Below, in pieces: positions 24,701 to 54,300 of a stretch of DNA of 64,000 nucleotides (the stretch's first letter is position 1; every line of letters starts with the position of its first letter). The translations under genes were made by a program, and so were the position numbers. The stretch covers positions 2,790,001 through 2,854,000 of the forward strand of contig CM102290.1 in NCBI GenBank assembly GCA_046563655.1. The letters are read 5' to 3'. The notes beneath the pieces are model-generated. The model did not search any database and had not been told where the DNA came from. It worked only from the letters and a program-made list of their open reading frames with translations. Origin of the DNA: Yuukianura sp. NJ FZ-2021. Its lineage: Eukaryota.

Positions 24701-25532
24701 TTAACACTTTCACCTTAAAAAACTATAGTAGTGAGAAAGTTGTTGGGAAAGGCGTCAATTTCCCAATCTCCGCCTCCATACAAACCCCAACTTTCCAACT
24801 TTCGTCCAAACCAAGTTACTTTTGGAAAAGTAAATTTCAACTTGTTGCCTCGCGGACTCTTTTGAGCTTTAACCAACTGTGAAACTGAAATTTTCGTAGG
24901 TTCATAAGAGCAATGGGGGCCTTAAGTATACATCCTTTCGTTATGGTTTGAAACAAAGTCGGAGAAGAGCCAGCGGCGCTTCCGAAAGCAGCTCTCTGAA
25001 CTGATCTTGATTTTTGGAAGAGCCAGAAGGTTCTTAAGCATTTGGAATCTTCCGTTTGAACAAAGGAAATTAACTCCTTTCTCCATCTTCTTTCTTTTTT
25101 TGTTGTAAACACGAGAACAAAGGAATGCTCAATATATCGAAAAATTCAGTTTCCGTTAACATAAAGGTTTATTTCAGAAGGAATGCTGCTACAAACTGAG
25201 AGACTCTTGACTCAATGAACCTTAGAAAAAAAATGAACGGATCAAACAAACTTGAAAAGTTCGCGGAAATTTGTTCCGCCCACAACCTTCAGAAACATGA
25301 AACTTCTTATTACGCAACTGAACGCCTCAATTCATAGGACGATTCGGAAAATCTTACTAACCTTACGGGAATTGAAATCTTTTTTTATTGAAAAAAAAGA
25401 AGTTTTCCACCTAAAAACTAAATCTGAATTCAAAAATATTAATCATAAAATTTTGTTTGCTAAGCTTACCTCAATGCTGTATGACTTCTTGATGGCAAAT
25501 CGTTCCCTGTTCTTTCTGGTGGTCACCAGCAT
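21705..25532 (-). CDS. ple: Tyrosine 3-monooxygenase (tyrosine hydroxylase)
   Basis: Exons in transcript order: 25470-25532, 23378-23686, 23128-23308, 22896-23052, 22628-22824, 22432-22567, 22236-22362, 21939-22168, 21705-21873. Arthropod TH N-terminus [33 protein letters not shown] with the PKA site, followed by an ACT domain. Iron ligands are in [10 protein letters not shown] and [19 protein letters not shown] carries the TH-specific Asp (Asp425 equivalent). Confidence 0.97.
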
Positions 25533-26442
25533 TTCTTCTCTAGACAACGATGAAATGGAGTCACGGAAGTATCGGTTCTCGACAATTGTCGCTCCAATGT
25601 CGCTTGACCTTCCAAGTCGTCGGCGTGACCTGGGAAGCCGTGGACTTTCAAAATAAGGATTGGGATTGTAGCAGTAGTTGATAATACCGAATCGGAACTC
25701 CAGCGTATTCACTTATTCAGTTGAAAAAGTGCTCAATTGGATGAGAAAAACCAAAACTAAAAAGTTTAGTTGTAAGGAAAACTAAAAGGAAAATGTATCT
25801 AAAGGGGTTGAAATCTGGAGTGGTTGTGACTCTATTTCAACAAGTTGGAAGTGGGATGATGCTTTCTCTTGGAGCTTCAGAAGGAAACAAAGGGAGTAAA
25901 AGCAGAAGTTGCCTGCTTTTCACCTAACTCCCATCCCATTCTACCCCCAATCTTCGCACCTTACATCAAAAAACGGACAATATTTGTAACTTTTTCGGAG
26001 TCACAACATAATTTCGGACTTGGAAGGTAAGTTTAGCTAACCATCACATTTCAGGCATACTTTTCCATGAAAAATTAAATTAACACTTTCCAACAACAAA
26101 AAATTGGCATGGCAACGAAAACGCAGCTTTATTTGTTTCTATACGAAGTCTACAACGTGATGCGTTTTTCACGTTTGTTTCCGACTCCAATCAAAAATCG
26201 TTTCGTCTGTCCGTCATCTCTTGCCGTGTTGGTTTGATTTTAGTTTGCTCATCAATTTTTCTTCATTTTTTTTCAGTCGTTGCTGCCTTTGGTTGGTTTG
26301 AGCTTGCTGTCCAAGTTTGCTGGACTTCGTCAGCCCGCGACGCTTCGACTTTGGTTGATTTGGTTCCTGCTTGTTCGTCAACTCGTCTGAATTCGCGTCT
26401 TGATTCGAAGTTCTCACTTCGCATTCTACTCCTCATCCAAAG

Positions 26443-26903
26443 ATGTCTGCGCCAGTCGTTGCTACAGATGAAAATCAGTAAGCTGGATATAAATCAGTCG
26501 ATCTAAACGAATTTAAAATGTGACTCATATTATTTATTTGATTCCCAGGAATGAGGCTGACCCTCCGCCAAGCCGTAGCGAACCTGCCGGTCCAATTCCC
26601 AACCTTGAGCCTCATCCGCGCTACTCTGAACTTGACCGCTACATGCGTCAACTGACGTTGTATGGCTTGTACGAGAATGAAGCTGCGCTTCATAACTACC
26701 TCGAAGCGCGTGTCCATGACATTCGAGACTTTGGAACTGTGGCTCAACAGGTCACTGACGTACTTCGGGATGGCTCGTTCGCGGCACGCCAAAATCATCG
26801 AGAACGAGTTTGGTTTGGGCAGGAAGTCTCGTGGATGATGGCCATTGGAATGCTAGCTTGCTCTGCAGTATTTGGAGCACTGCTGTATCGTCTTGCACTG
26901 TAA
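26443..26903 (+). CDS. Small orphan protein (~129 aa) with a C-terminal hydrophobic segment, putative tail-anchored membrane protein
   Basis: ATG at 26443; exons 26443-26477 (CA|gtaagc) and 26549-26903 (ttcccag|G) join in phase. The composition is GC-richer and coding-like. C-terminus VSWMMAIGMLACSAVFGALLYRLAL*. Probable 5'UTR splice from a donor at 26027 (aag|gtaagt) to an acceptor at 26276. Confidence 0.65.
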
Positions 26904-28511
26904 AGTCCAGCCAATCAACTACTCACTACTATTAAGTCACACCTTACTTCAAACAATACTTCACAAACAAATGAGACATGTTCATACTACAAAAATTACT
27001 TGATCTGATTTAAAAAATTACAATCTATTAAAAATCTTGTATAAAAAAGACTTACGTAAAATGTGTTGAACGTTTTCTGTTTTGATTTACTTGAGTTCTT
27101 TTTTCTGGAGCCGTCGAATAATGATCCGAAAGTGGAGAAAAGTTGTGCAGAGGGTGAAAGCACAAGGAAGTAAAATCGGTGAACCATTTAAGCTCCGCTT
27201 AACGACTTCCGTTTTTGCCTAAAAGCATTATAATGGCTCAATTCATTGGATTCAGAGTCGAAGGAAGTCCATTTCTTCTTCCGCGAAGCATTTCCAGCGC
27301 CAGCGTTCAACATTCGCTTCCAGGATCGAGAAAATTCTGGAACGCGTACGCAACTTCCCTTTGATTTTAATTAATCCACTCCACTGCAAGAATTAGAACA
27401 ATTTTTCGCTGTTTAAAAAAATGGACCATTCTTTAAGTAGAATGGAAAGTGAATTAAGATTTGTCATGCATCACAATTCTCCTGATGAGTTCTAACATAA
27501 AAGAACGACTGTTTTTAATTACAGTAGAAATGTTGAATCCTCAACATTTTTTTTTAAATATAAAACGCTTTTTTAAATAATAACTTTTTGAAATGTTCTG
27601 CCAAACTCGTAACAAAAAGGATCAAGGTGGTTAGTGACACTGTTGGCTTTCAATGGATACGGAAACTAATTATACTAGACAAATTGACGTTAATTTTGGA
27701 TGCTTTTAGTTACACAATCGTAATATATAAAGGAAATCAGGTTAACATTGGTAGCCAACATCAAAAGAAATGAATTTCCTACAACTACTTAAGGTTAGAC
27801 TTAAAAACTAAAACTAATTTGACAGTTTTACTTAAAACCTAAGTGTTAAAACGACTAGATCTCACTGATTAATTAAAACATCACAAAGGAATAATTCAGA
27901 ATTGACTCATACATAAATACGTTCCACATGCACAAGTCAAATCTGATGTTGCTTTTAGGAGAAACGAAGAATTTTTAATACGTTTAAACTGGTTAGCTAT
28001 CTTACTTGGGATTCCAGTATTCAGGGGGACAGAAGATGGTTGCGCATGCTCTATTTAAAATTAACTGCAACAGTTTTCGGTTATGGAAGAGATGACAATA
28101 CAATGAAGGCGGAGAAAGTTTGATCTTGGCAGATTTCTTTTCTTCCGAATTGTAGAGTCTTGCCGGCGAAGATGGAGGGAGTGAAAGGTGGGCTAATTCT
28201 CGGTTGATTTTCAATTACGTTCTTAGCTCATTAAATGCTTCGTGATGTTAGCTAGCAAATACTCGAGATACATTTCAAATTACACTGTACGGTAGTAGTT
28301 GAGACATTAGCAATGTTTCTGACGTCTGATTGGATCGACTTAACATGACTTGTTATAATGAAATGGACGCACTAAACCTATCGTGTCGGGCAAAGTCAAT
28401 AGTCAATATCCCAAGGAATAACAAAAACTTAAAAAAGAAGGACACACCTTGGGCCATTGGCGTAAAATGGAACGTGCAAAACTGACTATTAAACTGCAAG
28501 TTAATGATCTT

Positions 28512-30410
28512 TTACGAAAGTTCTGGATCGGGTTTACACTCTGTTTGTCGTCGATCGGTGCAAACCGTCTGCAAATAAACACCAAAATGTTAAATCAAGT
28601 TGTGCTAACTCTAACTGAGCAAAACGTTTTAAATAGTGTGTAACAAACCTGGTGATTAGGCCAGTCTTTCTTCTGACAAAATGAGGAGCAATAATGTACT
28701 ACATGACATCCAGAACATTCCAATGTCCCTTCTCTTCCACAGTTCTCACACTGGAAACAAAATGGCCGAATATCAACTGGGCGATAAGTATCCTGAATTA
28801 ATTTTGGTAATTTTAACTTGCTTTGAAAGTTTTAATGTAATAAAGGGCATAAAGTGTAAAAAGTCAAAAATTGAGAAAATACCTGCGCAATGCTTACAGT
28901 GTTCGTCGGCAAGGGTTTAAAACTATCAGGATCCAATACTTCAATTGAGTAGGTTTGAATTCGATTGGAGTCAAAAATCCGTAGGATCTGAGGTTGTCCT
29001 ACGATTGGATTCTGAACCAATGTCGTTTGAACCGAGTTCTGGAGTTGAGATCTGAGACTTTCTGCCTCTTGATTTGTTCGTTCCTTTATCTCATGAAGTA
29101 AGGTCTTCAAAGTGGCAGAAGCATTAACGATTCCATCCACGGCCTGCAAGAAGGATACAGTTTTATTTAACTGAAGACTTGAAACACCTTGGATACTTAC
29201 ATCTTCCACTACTTTCCAAGCGTCTTGAGTACACGGCGGCAGGGTAACTTGTGTAACTTTTAAGAGGGACTGTGCCAAGGGACTGAGACTCGATGCCAGT
29301 GTGATTGGTGCTACCGGAGTTGTAATTATATCCGACGATTCATCTGTATTTGAATCCTTGGAAGTTAGCCTCTCAAGCTTTGTTCCCTTTGAATGATCCA
29401 TCCCTTGGCACTTTCTCTTCCTTTGGTATGGTGTGAATGGTCGGATTGGTCCGGTCTGATCAAAAAGCGACATCATGCAAATAATTTATGTTTTGGTAAA
29501 TGTTTTTAGGAAAGAAGAAACGATAAACTTACAGCTGTAGCGTCATCCACACAATTGGAGCAAATGCAACTCGATGCGTGGGGAATAAGAAATCCTTTGT
29601 CGATTAACGTTTGAAGTGTTCTTCCTCCGAATCGAATACTCCTCTTCCAATCTTTACTGTTTCCTCGGCCGCACAATGCTTCAAATTCTGTTGGAGTGAA
29701 CCAATCCGTACCAAGCTTAATACATTTCCCTTTGTTTCCAGATCCAAACTTGGACTTGTGCAGTTCAGCATTTGTGTCCTTGCAACGAATGGGCAATATT
29801 GGAGCTGAAACTGCTTCTTCCCACGTTAAATGAGAATTACATTGTTGTTGTTCAGATGAATGCGTGGCTGAGATGACTTGCTGAATAAGTTGTGAATCTT
29901 GCGATTGCTGCATCGGTAACGAGTCATCAGCCAGTGATACAGAAATTGTCCCAGTTCCATTCTGAAATTCACAAAAAAAAAAGTAAATCTTAAGCCTCCT
30001 TCCAGATCAGATGCTTTGTGTCGTAAAAGATGAAATCGAACTTGTCATCTGGTTTTCGCTTAATCAAAACACCTCAAAGACATGTAACATTGTAGAGGGA
30101 GTTAAATGCATACTTTAACTGATATTGGGAATCGTTAATCACCACTTACAGTTTCTGAGTCAGCTATGACAGTATATGGTGTGAGAGATCCTACGGGAAT
30201 GGTAATGATGGTATTGGGTCCAGGGTTTTCATCGTGGTGGTTGTCCATAGCCCCACCTGAATGATGCTGGACATTGTTGTGGTGGGTGTGGTGCTGCTGA
30301 AGTGGATCCACCGTTTCGACGAGGGTGGTGTCAGAAGTACTGATGTCAACCAAATTGACTGCCTGTTGTGTAACTGTTATACTAGATTCGGGTACGACTG
30401 TTACCATCAT
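28512..30410 (-). CDS. Deaf1: Deformed epidermal autoregulatory factor 1 (SAND domain + MYND zinc finger transcription factor)
   Basis: Exons 30150-30410, 29533-29961, 28898-29455, 28649-28750, 28512-28568. SAND domain [27 protein letters not shown]...[36 protein letters not shown] (NLS); [41 protein letters not shown]. The start codon is the least certain part. Confidence 0.93.
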
Positions 30411-30758
30411 AATGGTACATCCGAAGACAGTAGACCACACAAGTGTAAAAGGGACACTCACAGCTCATACTCAACCACGGACAAAGCTCATCTCTCCTTC
30501 ACTCCATTCGAAGGCAGGGCTTTCTTCCTCAGCCAGCGGTTCTACTATACCGTAAAATCTCAAATAGGAGCACATAATATAGAGTAATTGGAAATCGAAG
30601 TGTAAAGTGAAATATAGAATATAAATTGATTCTATATTTATATTCTATATTTTGAAATATGGAAGCGCCACACTTATTGCACAGTTTACTGATAAGCTGA
30701 TTCAAAACATAGATAATTTCTGGAAAAATTAGTAATTCCAAATTCAAAAATGATAAAC

Positions 30759-30790
30759 TGCGCAGTTTGTGCGCAGTTTATGCGCAGTTT
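30759..30790. repeat. Three copies of TGCGCAGTTT at 11-bp period upstream of Deaf1
   Basis: Copies start at 30759, 30770 and 30781; the first lies within the palindrome aaactgcgcagttt. Confidence 0.8.
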
Positions 30791-31365
30791 AAAATTTATT
30801 CCGACTTTAACCTCTGACCGGAGAGGTCAATGTCTAATGACCGGGAGTGCTCGAGCTATCCCGTAGGGGACTACCACCCCCCAAATTTTCATTCGAATCG
30901 GAAAAATTAGGGGAAACGCAAATTGTCAATTTCACAAATAGTAATCACTATATAGTGAGATGGGTTGTGGCGACATAGGTGAAGACGACATTGCCACTTT
31001 ACGTTGTTTTCGTAAACTACATGGCGACATCAAGCAGCGTCAAGTTTAAAACCACAGCTATTGTCCTAGAAATTACGTGTTGCGTCTCGGTTTTGCCAAT
31101 GAGCGAGTTTTTCATCTTGTATTCTATATTTCATAATCGAAATATGAAACTTTTGTATTTCACATAATCGAAAATATAGAATATGGAGCGTTCCATATTC
31201 TATACACTATATACTATTCTATAAACTCTATAAAGTGAGTTGCAATTACTTTCTAAAAATTTAATACCCATTACATGACTTGAAGTTTGCCAGTATGTAG
31301 TTTGTTTCAACCTCAGCAGCATTTTCAAAACGTTTATTTTTATTTTGCTAAATTTTAAAATTTCA

Positions 31366-31626
31366 AATGTGCAAAAAATATGCAGAAAATAATGTGCAAA
31401 AAATTTCCAAATAAATGTGCAAAAAATGGGCAAAAGATAAGGTGCAAAAAATAATGTGCAAAAAATCTGAAAAAATAATATGCAAAAAATAATGTGCAAA
31501 AATGAGCGGGATATGTCAAAAAATAAGGTGCAAAAAATAATATGCAAAAAATCTGAAAAAATAATGTGCGAAAAATGTGGAAAAAATTGAGTGCAAAATT
31601 AATCAATCATTAATCATGTGCAAAAA
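31366..31626. repeat. Degenerate minisatellite, unit ~13-14 bp (aatgtgcaaaaaat), with an ~86-bp higher-order duplication
   Basis: More than a dozen tgcaaaaa-type cores. The block ataaggtgcaaaaaataat(g/a)tgcaaaaaatctgaaaaaataat occurs at ~31437 and ~31523. Confidence 0.9.
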
Positions 31627-33263
31627 CTGTAGTTCTGAGTAGGAACGGTGCGTTGGGGTTGTAAGCCTACCTTGGCCAGCTTATGCGAACTTACGGTAAC
31701 TTGGGTGCCCGAAAGTTGCGACTGCGCGGAAAAATTGAAAACATTGTGAACCCACTTACTACTCTGAACCCACTCACTCTGAGACATGTCAATTGCGGAG
31801 ACCCCGTTTCTTGACTTTCACCAAAAACCGTTTGCCATAGTATAAACTAATGTAAGAACAACACTCGATAATTTCTAACCCGTTGCCCGTTGTTTAGGAA
31901 CCGCGGTAGTATGAGTCAATCATTTCCTGGATGCAAGACATACTGTGAACACTTGATGCCTAATTTGGACCCAAGTCCAAGCGTCATTCTGCATCAACAA
32001 ATCTCTTACTTCGAGAATCATAAAGATTTGTGCTGCTTCAGAAGTTATAACTTAAGTGCTAAGGTCACCTTTGACATTTCACTGTCAGCAGTTTTCCATC
32101 CCAAACGCCTTAAAATGTCCTTGCGAACGATTTACACTTTCACTGTTTACACAATTTGTAATAATTTGAAAAATAATTCCAATCTTTCAGAAGTAGTAAC
32201 AACGCGAATTAAAAACCGGCAAAAGTTTTTAGTTTTAGTATTTATATATTTTATTCGACTAAAGTTAGGCATCAGTTCACAACAAAGGCCGAAAATTCAT
32301 GTCATCCACATTCCAAATTTTGAGAAATTTCTAAAAAATCTACAGCAGTTAATGTATTTTTCACACTTTCCATTTCCAAGAATTCTTAACTTTTCGTTTT
32401 TTTTTCTTCTTCATTTTGTGAATCCGCAAGAACTTCAGCCTTAGGAATAAATAATGTTTTACAACAAAAAAGCATAATTTTTTAAGTGAATAGTGAATAA
32501 CAATTTCCATTTTCATTCTTGATTTTTTTCATCATTCCGTATTCAGTTTTACTTACAATTATAAGTCTAAAAGGAGTCAAAAGTTAGAACGATCCTAAAT
32601 ATTTTTACGTTTTGCTTAGTATAATACACGATAACAACATGGAGAAAAAACGGAGCAAAAATTGCACTCCTGCGCATACTTTTTTTTGATTTAAAATAAA
32701 CTGCCCATTATCCTAGAGGGAGCCTGCGCACGCTCAAAAGCCACCGAAAAACGTCAATCACTTTCACTGCTCCCACACATTGCAAAAAACTGTTTTACAT
32801 TGTCCAGGAATGGGAAATGGACGACGAGAAAAAAATGGCGCCCATTTTTTGAAACTATAATTTTACGCCTATGAAGTTAGAGTGTGTTAAGTCTTAACTC
32901 GTTAAAAGCTAAAAGTCATTACATTAACTTTTGCAAAAAGAGTGACACATTAACAACCCATTCATTTTTTTAAGTCTCAAATCACATGACAAGTTCAAGC
33001 CTCTCGGAAAATACAATTTCAGATGAAAAATGAAACAAAATTTTGAAAAACTGGATTCAGTCTAAACAAAAAGGAAACCGGAACGTTTTAGAATCTCGAC
33101 ATTGAACTTTTAGAGAGGAATTCTGCGGAGCTCTGTAAAGGGAAGTTAATAATAAGTCAAAATTGAGGCATTATTACTTTTTTGCAACAACTTTTTGTTT
33201 AAAATACGACTTTTTTGAGATTTTTGTTTTAAATTTCTGTCAAAATTTAGACTCTGGTAGTCA

Positions 33264-50505
<17,242 letters not shown>

Positions 50506-51322
50506 GATCGTGAATGGAACTTTTAACTTGACAAAGACAACCACTTAAGCTAACCTGCTCCTACTTTTCACTAATTTTTAAAATTGCCACTGCGACACTT
50601 TAAACCGGGTTAACTTTGTGGTGGAAACAAGAGGTGGTCCAGGTAGCACCAAAAACCTTGTGTACCCAGAAACACTGCTGGTCTTCGGTCCATGATGTTC
50701 CAGGAAATCCTTGAACTGTCCTCAACGAGAAGTACAAAGTGTTTAGCGGTTGCAGCGGAGAAGAGGGGGCATGAGGCAATGGAGAGGGTACGTCGTGTTC
50801 TGCTGCGGATTTTGTGAGCAGTAGACCGTTTTCCCCGTGCCGTAGTAAGAGTCCAGGGAGAAAGCCATCTCCCCACATCAGTTGGGGAACCAAGGGAACA
50901 TAGTGGCGCATGGGCTGAAATTGGTCGGATCCCGACTTTCTCCGGGCATTTGGTCCTCAGCCCAATCAGACACGCCTTTATCGATTTAACTTCCCACCGA
51001 CTCTGCACTGCACTACTCCCAATTCTTCCCATGTACGAGACCATTGCGGTACTCTTAGAAGGTTTAGGTTGGGCTAGGCACTTTCCTGGCTATAGAAAGC
51101 ACTACATTTGGAACAGGAGAGACGTACTGCTGCTAGGTCGAGGTTTTTTGGTGAAAGGCTCCTTTCACTCCCAAGTCACTCCTTCATATGGTTAGGTTAG
51201 GCTGTGAAAGTTCTGAATGTGAACGTGCTAATGAGGAACCTTGGAAGTGGTTTCTTGAAGGAGACGCAGCAGGGATTGCCGTTTTCTATAAATTCTGATC
51301 TCTATGACACATCCGTCCTTAC

Positions 51323-51398
51323 CTGTCTCAGAAATCTCCTACACTCGTATTGACTACGCCCAATAACTCATTCACTCTCACGTCAAACCAATTTTCGT
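51323..51398 (-). other. Probable non-coding 5'UTR exon of BRSK
   Basis: Minus-strand acceptor tttttag| and donor cag|gtaagg; a further upstream donor g|gtgagt lies at 51950. Confidence 0.4.
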
Positions 51399-54300
51399 CT
51401 AAAAAGTTGCCAAAATTTTTTTTTTTTGGAAAAGAACAAAAACATACGTTTTTCGGTTTACAAAAAAAAAAGAGTGGAAAATAGCTAAAGTGGATTTATT
51501 GTCATTTTTCGTAAGTAAAACATTGGATGGCAAAATATAAAAAAAATGGAACAAAAAAGTCGAGAGATTTTTTGAGAGATATATTTGCTTGTTGGAAGTG
51601 CAATTTTTGTTGTCGAATTTCATTTTATGCATAAGTTCTAATTTAAATTGATCTTTTCAAACCCAAATGTATTTTTACACTGATTATGTTATCATGTGAT
51701 TATTTTTCCTTTTCGATATTTCAGATTAAGTTTTTTCAAACAATAAATTTTTAATTCGGTTTTTAAAGTGACGTGCTTCAACCACCAATCATTTTGGAAC
51801 GGAAGAACTTTTTTCTGGTGTCGGTGGAAGTCCAAAAGGAGACAAAGAAAAAATAAATGCGAGGAATTTTTAGTAGTACTCAAACTTCCCATCCTCCATT
51901 CAGTTTTCGAAGGGAAACACAGAGGAAGTAACTATTCTGTTTAAACTCACCAAAGCGAAGCGCCTTGCAAAAAAAAAAGAATGAAAAACTTAACTTCAGA
52001 CAGACGAGAGGATCTTCACTTCGCTTATTCATCATCTTCATAAAAACATTCGTAATTCATAATTTACAAATCACCCGGGCACAAAAACACTCAAATTTTA
52101 CTAAATTTTGAAATGAAAAATAACAAAAAATTGCCAAATGCAGGTTCCAAGAAGCCAATCACATTGAGTTGCGCCATGGCAAATTTCATCGCGGTTTTAC
52201 TTCGACAACATGCTGCACTTTTTTGTTAAGTTTTTGCTCTAGTTCAAAATCTTTGCTCGAGCTAAAAAACCAAGTACCTAGAAAATGAAATTTCGAAATT
52301 TAAGCTAAATTTATATTTAATAAACTGAAAAGCACATAATTTTAATGGTGGATTTTAATTTTAAACTTATGATTTTGGTACACGTTGTACAAAAGTGATG
52401 TAAAATGAAGATTGCGTAGCATTACTACTGTTGTTGATGGAAGGGGAAGGTCGAGCCGTGCAAGGATAGACGCAGACTTTTATTGCGTAACAACTCATTT
52501 GGAATACCAATCAGTTGCAAAATTTTAGTTTTGGAAAGGATGAGAAACAAAGAACAAAAGATTCACTGCAAAGCAATTTCATTTTCTACCCAAATCAAAA
52601 GCAACAGCCTTTATTGTCTATTTGTTAGTTACTCCCTCTACTAAGCAGACAATGGGATTTTGAGGTTTAGGTTTTTACTATCGTTGCAAAATTATTTCCA
52701 AAAACAAAGAAGTTCCGTTATCCTCTTCCACTAAAATACGATGTGAAGGTGACAAGAAAAAAGGACGAAAACTTTGAATCTTATAGTACATTTAAAAAAA
52801 AATAGACTATTAAAATTAAAATATGAAACAGTCAGTTAGTAATATATGATGTTTCATGGAGTTGTTTCTCATAAGTGTGGTTACGGGTTAGGACAAATTT
52901 TGAGTCAGAGATTCAAAATTTTTTTTCCCATGAAGTACTCATGAAAATTTTACTTTCTCTAATATGGTAGCTTCCATTGTGGTTTTGTATTTTGTCAAAA
53001 GTGTGACAATATCGCACACATGAGTTGTTTAAAATGAGTTTCAGTTATGATCTTCGGTCATTGACCTTTGCCCATCTTTGGAACTATAACGCTTGACATA
53101 GTCGTAAGTGGTTTGTTTAAAAGGAAAAAAATTACTCTATCCAGAGACACATGGATCTTGAGTATCGCGGTTCTCACGGTAAAACATTTTTATTGTACCA
53201 ATTCAATTGTCTACTAAAAGAGATGCATGGTAAGCTAAACCTTTAGCATAACAAAAGACCAAAGCGACCCAAATAACAGTGACCAATTGTAAATTATAAG
53301 ATGATGAAGGTGTTTTGTTTGCTTCGCTACAACTAAAAAAAGGTTTTATTTTTTAATTTTGCTAACTTCTTTTTTATTAGCAAAAAACCAAGTTTTTCTG
53401 CTAAAGAAATTGGGAGCATGACACTTTTCAATTCATCTTTGACGAGATGAAGATGACACTCGTCGCGTGCAAACCACGCATTAGTCATGTCAGGTTTAGG
53501 AATTTTCCAATTCTAAACAAGGTCACGTATTCCGTATCCACGTAAATTGGACACACGCGCTTCATCGATATAACAAAAGATTGCGATTGCGCAGTCGAAA
53601 AGTTAAAGCAAACATTTTTCGTGCAAAAATTGAGAAAGGAGAAACCATTATTGTTTATTTTAGAAATTTGGGATGTTGCTAATTGAAATGTTACGTTGAA
53701 AGATGTTGTTGATTTTGGTAATTAAATACTTCACTTGCATCACTCTCCGTTCCTTTTCTGTATTGATCAGTTTCAATTCTGAGGAACATTGACTTTTACC
53801 CCTGAACACATCCTGCCTCCGGACATGGCAAATCCTAGCGCCATTTTTAGATTTTAATCACTGATTAACATTAACTGTTAACTATTAAATTCATAGTCAG
53901 CCAATGAACATTGCCCAAAATCGTGATTTGCCAAAATTATTAATTTCCTTTTGCCAAATTGGTTTCACCTTCCCTTCAAAAGTCTCATGCCGCGACTTCC
54001 TAAATAATTACACCATCCTCTGCCCAATTTCAAATTTACTTTTGCATACGTTTCAATTGTTTTCAATGCGTCTTCAATTTGGTTTAACTTTAAGGACACT
54101 GATATTTTCTCACCTCAATTTTTTCGTCTCATGCAAAAAGTGTCCAACTCTGCTAAAACTTTAACTGTAGCTATCATTTAACAACATAATAACGCTGAAA
54201 ATTTTTAAATTTCATTTGGTTTCTGAAATTCAATTCGTGCTCCATCATGAATAAACTTTTACGTTCATGTAGACGTAAAATGAAGTTGAAGAAGTTTTTT

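Noticed and set aside
26996..27390. GC-richer patch with short minus-strand ORFs and splice-like sites
   Set aside because: I could not build a consistent gene model or recognise any motif.
31200..31606. Phe-rich ORFs 31200-31547 and 31355-31606
   Set aside because: These are translations of the minisatellite, not genes.
31366..31626. CRISPR-like array
   Set aside because: Eukaryotic context, short degenerate units, no unique spacers and no cas genes.
50600..51195. ORFs of 81-144 aa upstream of the BRSK start
   Set aside because: They overlap on both strands with no protein-like features, and are likely UTR or intron.
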